From the NCBI GenBank assembly GCA_951406725.2, contig OX597827.1, positions 27,900,001 to 27,964,000 of the forward strand: a stretch of 64,000 nt of DNA. Reading direction: 5' to 3'. This DNA comes from Octopus vulgaris (lineage: Eukaryota). Below the pieces are notes generated by a model that ran no database searches, was not told the DNA's origin, and saw only the letters and a program-made list of their open reading frames with translations. Shown here one piece after another: positions 56,066 through 64,000 of the stretch. The stretch's first letter is position 1, and every line of letters starts with the position of its first letter. A program made the translations under genes and the position numbers.

Positions 56066-56361
56066 AGTTCAGCAAAATTTAGATTCAGATGAATATGGTA
56101 CTTAAGTCAAAGGCACCAGAATTTTGTATGGTATTATCCATATAAATCAAATGGGGTGATTATAATAAAAATAAGCAACAAGTATATCTGACGTAGTGTA
56201 GTACAATTTTTTCATGCTACTTCATTTTATTAAACACTGTAAGTATTACATAAGTGGCTGAAGATTGCTCGACATTTTAAAGCTGATGTAATACTTAATA
56301 TAATGAAGTAGCATGAAACAATTGTACTACTCTACCTAGGATATACTTTCTACTTATTTTG

Positions 56362-56367
<6 letters not shown>
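56066..56367. mobile_element. HHR cassette family H2 with fold-back; HHR on + at 56254-56330
   Basis: GUGG-CUGAAGA-u-UGCU...AGCA-u-GAAA-CAAUUG-UA-CUAC; 56160-56251 mirrors 56286-56367; (TA)n on both sides. Confidence 0.8.
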
Positions 56368-56410
<43 letters not shown>

Positions 56411-56660
56411 CCTATAAGAACGTAACGGACGACAATAAAAACTGACAGGAAAACCAACCAGGATGGAACATTCGTTGATTTCTATTCATCAGTCAAGCTT
56501 CCAATCATTATTACAGTTTATACATACATACATACATACATACATACAGACATGCATACATACATGCATACATACATACATACATACATACATACATACA
56601 TACATACATACAGACATGCATACATACATGCATACATACATGCATACATACATGCATACA

Positions 56661-56701
<41 letters not shown>

Positions 56702-57027
56702 TACATTTATATTAATGCTTGTTTTTATGTGAAGTTATATATAAAGAATTTAACATTAAGCTGAAAGGATATTCAATATGTTTTAGTAAAGCGCATGTTT
56801 ATTGAACATTTACAGCGAAAAAGTTGACAGTAACCTCGAAGTCTCGGTTAGCTCACTGTCATGAGATAGTGTGTTGATAGTAAGCATGCGAAAGCTAAGC
56901 ATCTTCAAAGTTACTCACACACACACAGTCACACATATAATACATACACACACATATATGTATGTATATATGTATATATGTATGTACACATAAAACACAC
57001 GCACATAAAAACACAGTCACATGCACA

Positions 57028-57096
<69 letters not shown>

Positions 57097-57798
57097 ACGC
57101 ACACAGGCGCAGCACACATCATACACATTTATGTATAGCGAGAGCAAAAGCTGCAGAGGGGGACAGTGAGGAAATATCTAGGATTGTGGGAGAGGGGAGA
57201 AAAGTCTAGTAAGTGCCATCACATTTCTCCAAGAAAATTGAGATAATAGATTAAAAATTAAATATTTAAAGCCACCTCCATTGCTTGGCTTGCAACTGTC
57301 ATTAATCTCGCTGCATCTCGTCTAACTCTCTCGCTACGGAACTCTCTATGCGTAGGTACCTGCCAATGTGTACGTTTTTGCGTGTGCATGCGTACATGTG
57401 TATGTAGATGCGCGCGTGAGTGTGTGTGTGTGCGCACTTGTTATGCTTCTAGTATTCTCTTGTTGATTTCGTATAGGCTAAGCGCGTGTATATATATATA
57501 TATATATATATATGAGTGTGTGCGTATGTGTGTGTGTGTGTACAGGGGTATACTGCACACAAAAGTTTATGCATATGTATATATACTTGTGTTCACAGAT
57601 GTGTATTCATGAAAACATACATACACAGATATGTATAATATATGTACTTATGTGAGTCCTTGTGTGAATGTTTGCGCGTGCGTGTGTGTGTTGGGGGTGC
57701 ATGTATGAATTATGTACGCTTAAGTATTTATTATAATATATATATAAATATGTTTGTATGTATATATATATGCATATATATGTATGTATATATATACA

Positions 57799-57837
<39 letters not shown>

Positions 57838-57842
57838 CTATG

Positions 57843-57876
<34 letters not shown>

Positions 57877-57882
57877 TATATA

Positions 57883-57953
<71 letters not shown>

Positions 57954-58524
57954 CATACCCGCGCACTCACGAGTATGGATGCACATAAACACATAAAGAC
58001 ATGATACGCCGTTGCAAAGTAAAACATGAAAATATACCTGAGTGACAAATAATACTTTTGTTGACACGAAATCAATGTTTTTTAATCAGATTTTGCGACA
58101 AACTTAATTTTAAAATCTTTATTTGTTCGCAAAATCTTCTTAAATTCTGATGTGATTTACTCGGTATAGAGTTTACTCGGTTTCTTCCCTGCATACTCAT
58201 CAGACAGAAACAAAATCTGTACTCATTGATCACGTGGAAGTTTTTCAATTATTTATCTATTTATTTTGTTATTTTGCAAAAAGCTACAACATTAAACATT
58301 CTGGTGCATTGCTAATTTGTAATAAGGAAATTCTTGAAAAAGATGCTTTTTCTTTAATAAAATGATTTTTTATGTACAAACTGTACTAGTTGTTAATACA
58401 ATGCACATACTTTATAACGTGTTGAGCAAACATAAGTGAACTCATCCTGCTAGATTTATCGACCAATGTCTTTTTTTTTGTTTTCTAATCATATGAGGGC
58501 AATTAAAAATAATACGAAGTTAAC

Positions 58525-58693
58525 ATTGGCACTGGTGTGGCTGTGTGGTAAGAAGTTGGTTTCCCAACCACATGGTTTTGGGTTCAGTCCCTCTGCATGG
58601 CACATTGAACAAATATCTTGTACTATAGCTTCGGGCCACAACCAAAGCCTTGAGCCTTGTGAGTGGATTTGGTAGACGGAAACTGAAAGAGAC

Positions 58694-58727
<34 letters not shown>

Positions 58728-59140
58728 TTGTCTTCCACCACCGCTTAATACTCGGTGTTGCTATGCTAACGCATCCAAAACTTAGTGGTTCGGCAAAAGT
58801 AGCAGATGAAATCAGTAACAGGCTTTGAAAGATTGTGGTTGATTCTTTCGACTAAAATTCCTCAAGACGATGCCCCAGTATAGATGCAAGACCCGGAAGA
58901 ATTTTTAGGTGATTGAATAATTTTCTTTAAGGATGGTACTCATTTTATCGGTTACTTATACCGAACCGCTAATAAGCATAACAACACTGGTTGTCAAGCG
59001 GGTATGATGATCAAATACAAAGACACATAGACACATATGTATTAATACAATGAGTGTCTTTCAATTTTCATCAACCAATTCCCATAACAAAGCTTTAGTC
59101 GTGGCCCGAGGCTATACAAGATACTTGCCCAAAGTGCTCT
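58525..59140. mobile_element. Two SINE B copies, tail-to-tail (+ 58525-58890; - 58890-59140)
   Basis: gtggctgtgtggtaagaag...ggtagacggaaactgaaag...cttagtggttcggcaaaag, then reverse ccgaaccgcta...atacttgcccaa. Confidence 0.75.
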
Positions 59141-59167
59141 TTTACTGGGACTGCGCCAACAAAAGGC

Positions 59168-59238
<71 letters not shown>

Positions 59239-59539
59239 GTGTGTGTGTGTGTGTTTGTGTAAGAAGCTTTTGTGTAATGAGAGAAAAAAATGCTGTGAAG
59301 ATATTAGAACATTTATAGATATAAAGTCTATAAATGTTCTAATATCTACACAGACTTGCTTTTTTTTTTTATCTTATTACGCAAAAATTTCTTATATGTA
59401 CACGCTAACATATGACCAACGTTGAACCCCTTATTCGCAATCACCGAACCTCGAACTTAACTATGGTCTGTCATTAGAACTTATTCAACATTACCTGACA
59501 ACTTTGGGTCTCAATGACACCATTACCTCTTAGAACCTA

Positions 59540-59623
<84 letters not shown>

Positions 59624-59625
<2 letters not shown>

Positions 59626-59813
59626 GGAATAAACACATAAATGTGAAACAAGGTGGAAAAAAGAGTACTCAAATACCAGTGGTAGAGTAATATGCTTTAT
59701 TTAAAGCAGCAGAAAATTCAACAAAACCTGTTACTCTGAGTTTCCCGTTGATGAACGGCAACGGGAAACTCAGAGTAACAGGTTTTGTTGAATTTTCTGC
59801 TGCTTTAAATAAA

Positions 59814-59814
<1 letters not shown>
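59624..59814. mobile_element. HHR cassette family H1 with perfect 56-bp-arm palindrome turning inside the ribozyme
   Basis: 59695-59750 is the exact reverse complement of 59759-59814; + strand reads UUGAUGA-ACG-gcaa-CGG-GAAA-CUC-a-GAG-UA-acag. Confidence 0.9.
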
Positions 59815-59852
<38 letters not shown>

Positions 59853-59917
59853 GGTGCCCCAGCATGGCCACAGCTCATGAGCTGAAACTAGAATCAATCA
59901 ATCATATATATATATAT

Positions 59918-60128
59918 GAGTGAAGCACCTAATCTCCACGCTGCTCCGGCAGAAGGTAGTGGCGAACTTCTTCTGACTCTTTCGCCACAACTTTCTCTCA
60001 CTTTTCCCTCCTGCATCTTGCAGCTCACTTGCGACGGACCGGCGTCCCGTCCAGGTGGAGTACCTATACGCCAAGGAAACCGGGAAACCGGCCCTTATGA
60101 GCCAGGCATGCCTCGAGAAGGGACAAAC
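59918..60128 (+). mobile_element. SINE-like 3' fragment
   Basis: gcgacggaccggcgtcccgtccagg...gaaaccggg...gagcc resembles 3' segments of widespread metazoan SINEs (recalled). Confidence 0.45.
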
Positions 60129-60202
60129 ACACACACTACATACACATACATATATATATATTACTCAAAGAAATTCCAACTTTGTCTGACTTTCACATTT
60201 TA

Positions 60203-61271
60203 TTAGGTCGCCCAGTATGAAATTTGTAGAAAAAAAAAGAAGTTCGCTGATGTTTTATAAATACAAGGAATAGTTTTATTCATCAAAGCTTGTACCCATA
60301 TTGTCAAAACATTTTTGCCATTTCAGTGGTAGTTTGTCCAGCCCGGAACTGTAAAAGCCTGTCAATAAGGTCTTGGAAGGCCTGTTTTACAGCATTGTCG
60401 GAATTAAATCATTTTTATATAAAAAAATAAATATGAGTAGATCTGTTAACTAATCTAGGCTGTTTTTTTTGTAGGTTTCTGCATCATTTGGTCCAGCTGG
60501 CCGTAATTGATAGTCAGGTTGAAATAAATCATAAAGGATCTCACCCGTGCCAGACTACCAAACACACACCATCAGCTTCTTTTAATGAGTTTTGATTTTT
60601 GGACTCTGTTTTGGTGGCTCGTCTTTGTTCAACCATTGTGCTGATCCATTTCTCATCACATGTTACAATTCGATTTAAAAAAGATTCATTTTTGTATCGG
60701 CAGGCTTCCAAACGTTGCTGTTTCAGATTTTCATTGAGTTTAGGTGGAACCCACTTATTCAAATTTTTTACTTTACCGATTTGAACTAGGTGAGTCAATA
60801 TTGTTTGCTTGCTAACACCAAACAACAATGATAATTCATGGATACTTTGAAATGGATCTGACTCGACAGTGGCTTTCAGTTCGTCATCATCCACCTTTGT
60901 TTCTCGTCGACCGCGTTGCTCAATTGTGAGTTCAAAGTTACCAGAAAGAAATTTTGCAAACCAATTTGATACTGTCTACTGTGTGATAACATTAGAATGA
61001 AATACTCCATTAATATTCCGAGCTGTCTGTAATGCTGTATTTCCAAGAAAGAACTCTTATTCCAAAACTGTACGAATTTCCGACTTATACATCGATAAAC
61101 AAAAAATAGCAAAAAACGATTTATAAATAATTTATAAAGCGGAAGATGAGTTAGAATAAAGAAATAATAACAAAAAATAAACATTGTCAAAGTATAATAA
61201 TGGCGCAAAATGAGCAGCTGTCAAAGTTTACCATATACCTTACTACAAATTTCATACTTTACAATCTTGTT
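60203..61271 (-). mobile_element. Mariner DNA transposon relic (internally deleted)
   Basis: DDDELKATVESDP...GKVKNLNKWVPPKL...QRLEAC...FLNRIVTCDEKWI (WVPHEL-like motif and first catalytic D); TIR core agtatgaaatttgtag at 60214-60229, inverted at 61243-61258. Confidence 0.88.
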
Positions 61272-61403
61272 ATAATATAATATAATAATATAATATATTA
61301 TAATAATATAATATAATATAATAATATAATATAATATAATAATATAATATAATATAATATAATATAATATAATATAATATAATACAATATAAGATAATAT
61401 AAT
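61271..61403. repeat. (TAATA)n pentanucleotide microsatellite
   Basis: Direct reading. Confidence 0.9.
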
Positions 61404-61640
61404 ATGATGAAACAATAGAATAAATGTCCATTCTGATGAATTCCGCGGGTGTATCATAATTTAATTCATTTCAACAGCTGTTTCGTTAAGGAAATACGTA
61501 ACTAATTACATTTTACTGAAATTACTATGTTATAACGTGTTGCCATTTAACGACCTATTACTTATTGAGTTCACTAGGCGGCGAACTGGCAGAATCTGTA
61601 GTACGCCTGACAAAATGCATAGCGGTATCTACTCATAAGG

Positions 61641-61873
61641 AAGGTGGCGAGCTAGCAGAAACGTTAGCACGCCGGGCGAAATGCTTACCGGTATTTCGTC
61701 TGCCGTTACGGTCTGAGTTCAAATTCCACCGAGGTCGACTTTGCCTTTCATTCTTTCGGGGTCGATAAATTAAGTACCAGTTACGCACTGGGGTCGATGT
61801 AATCGACTTAATCCGTTTGTCTGTCCTTGTTTGTCCCCTCTGTATTTGGCCCCCTGTGGGTAGTAAAGAAATA
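61641..61873 (+). mobile_element. Young full-length SINE A1 with 17-bp TSD
   Basis: ggtatctactcataagg at 61624-61640 and 61874-61890; preceded by an older SINE A head (61577-61628) and followed by reverse SINE B (61890-62015). Confidence 0.9.
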
Positions 61874-62061
61874 GGTATCTACTCATAAGGTTTAAGTCGA
61901 ACCGGGACTGTAGTGAATGGCTCTTGCCTTAGGTGTCGTCACACAGTAGGACTGAACCCGGAACCATTTAGTTAGGAAGCATACTTCTTACTATACATCC
62001 ACACCTGAACCTATGTAGGTGTATGTATGTATGTATTTATGTACATATATGTGTGTGTGTG

Positions 62062-62093
<32 letters not shown>

Positions 62094-62531
62094 TATAGGC
62101 GTCGATGCACGAGTGTGTATGCGCGCGTCCGTGTCCAGTTCAAGAAACTGTTTTATGCCTACAACTTTACATCTTTCTTCGGTAATTAAGGATTTCAATC
62201 ACTCAATCAAAACCCCTGCCTTCTTTGAATTAGGGAGTAAATATTCCCCACCTTTCCAAGAAGTTTGACTTTTAAGCTTCTTATCTCTTCAACTCAAAGT
62301 GAATTTTATTTCATATTTTCAGGGATTAATATTGCAGGTTATCGATCTTCTTCGATTTTTAATGTTGGTTGTTGTATTCTGAGATTGGTTTCTTTTATTC
62401 TATGTATAACAACTAATTGAAAACCTAACTTTATTTTTTCTCCATTTCCTTTACTGTTTTGTTATGCATACATATACGTACATACATACGTCATTACATA
62501 CATACAAACACACACACATACATACACACAC

Positions 62532-62636
<105 letters not shown>

Positions 62637-62717
62637 ATAGATAGATAGATAATGCATACATACAAGCAGAGATGCCTATGCATATATGTATAAATATATA
62701 TATATATATATAGATAG

Positions 62718-62749
<32 letters not shown>

Positions 62750-63024
62750 GTATATTTATATTAAGCACACACTCACACACACAGATATATATATATGCTT
62801 ATATATACATAAGCATGTTAACTATATATATAGCGTGTGTGTGTTTATATACGTATATACGCATATACTTATGTATATGTATAAGTACATATATATATGT
62901 GTATGTGTGGGTGGGTGAGTGTGTATGCGCGCACATAAATATAAGTATACATGTATGAATGCAAGTATGTATGGATACATGTATGTATAAATCTATAAGT
63001 ATTTTAAGTATGTGTATATATTAA

Positions 63025-63102
<78 letters not shown>

Positions 63103-63845
63103 ATATGCATGCGTGTAAGATGGGAAACATTACGTTCCTTCTTTTGGTGACAGCCATAAACTTCTTCCTGTCGTGAAACCCATCAACTTACTTAAAGTGA
63201 AAGTCGTTACGGCTAAAATAGACACATACCTTTGTATGATGTAATTACGTCATTATACGACATGACAAGGTAAGGCACACTCAAAAAAATTCATCCCTTA
63301 ACAGCGAATTTTAAATAAGAACAAGGTTTTACACATATATCTTAAGTAATATCAGTGTAAAGAACGGCTTTCATAGAACATAACACAAATAGAAATGAAG
63401 GACGAGTAATAGTGAGAGACGTCAGTTTAAATTTAAAATAAAAATGACATGATCGCTGTAATTAGATTATCAAAAGAAAGACTTCTGTTTTATTATTAAT
63501 TTTGTTGTTGTTGCATTTTTTGTTGTCGTTGTTGTTGTGGTGCATCATATGGAAAAATACATTTCAATAAAGTTCAGAAACTGAGTTCGCTGTTCACATT
63601 CCCGTGTATGCATAAGTGTATGTGTGCATGGGTGTGTGTATGTGTGTGAGATAGAATAAAGAGAGAAGGTTGAAGAGAGACATTGTGACAGAGACACAGA
63701 GCATGCAAAATGTGATGGGAAGCAACATGGACGCACGAACTCACGCACACGCGAACACGTTCATGCACACATAAGTGCGTGTGCATGTGTATAAGTATAT
63801 GTGCACGTTTGCGTCTGCGTATGTCTATGTATATATTTATGTATA

Positions 63846-63902
<57 letters not shown>

Positions 63903-64000
63903 CACCGTGATCACCGTGACCGACCAGGCTATCAGATGTTGTTACACATCGCTTGTCACAATGCGCTTCGCATTGTTTTAGCCTTCAAATGACGCCATCC
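63903..64000 (-). mobile_element. 3' end of another RTE-type element in (TA)n, running off the window
   Basis: tcaccgtgatcaccgtgaccgaccag matches the RTE tail tcaccttgatcaccttcaccgaccag at 44719. Confidence 0.65.

Overview
AT-rich, microsatellite-saturated eukaryotic non-coding DNA, most likely from an octopus or other coleoid cephalopod (inferred from recalled SINE families, not verified). I find no host protein-coding gene; nearly all long ORFs in the track are translations of (TA)n/(CA)n/(CTAT)n repeats. The real content is transposon-derived: one near-full-length decayed Penelope-like element (PLE; RT plus GIY-YIG, Neptune-like) and two more PLE fragments, RTE, CR1/L2-like and R4/Dong-like LINE fragments, a mariner relic, a pogo/Tigger-like MITE, a non-autonomous Helitron and many tRNA-SINE copies. 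The main hidden signal is about 20 type-I hammerhead-ribozyme (HHR) motifs from roughly 10 sequence families, about 8 with an intact CUGANGA/GAAA/UH core. Most have a palindromic helix III, many have long helix II extensions, and they sit in short non-coding cassettes that end in (TA)n and often fold back at or near the ribozyme. Two RTE copies sit tail-to-tail in one (TA)n tract, each with a twin-priming-type 5' inversion.
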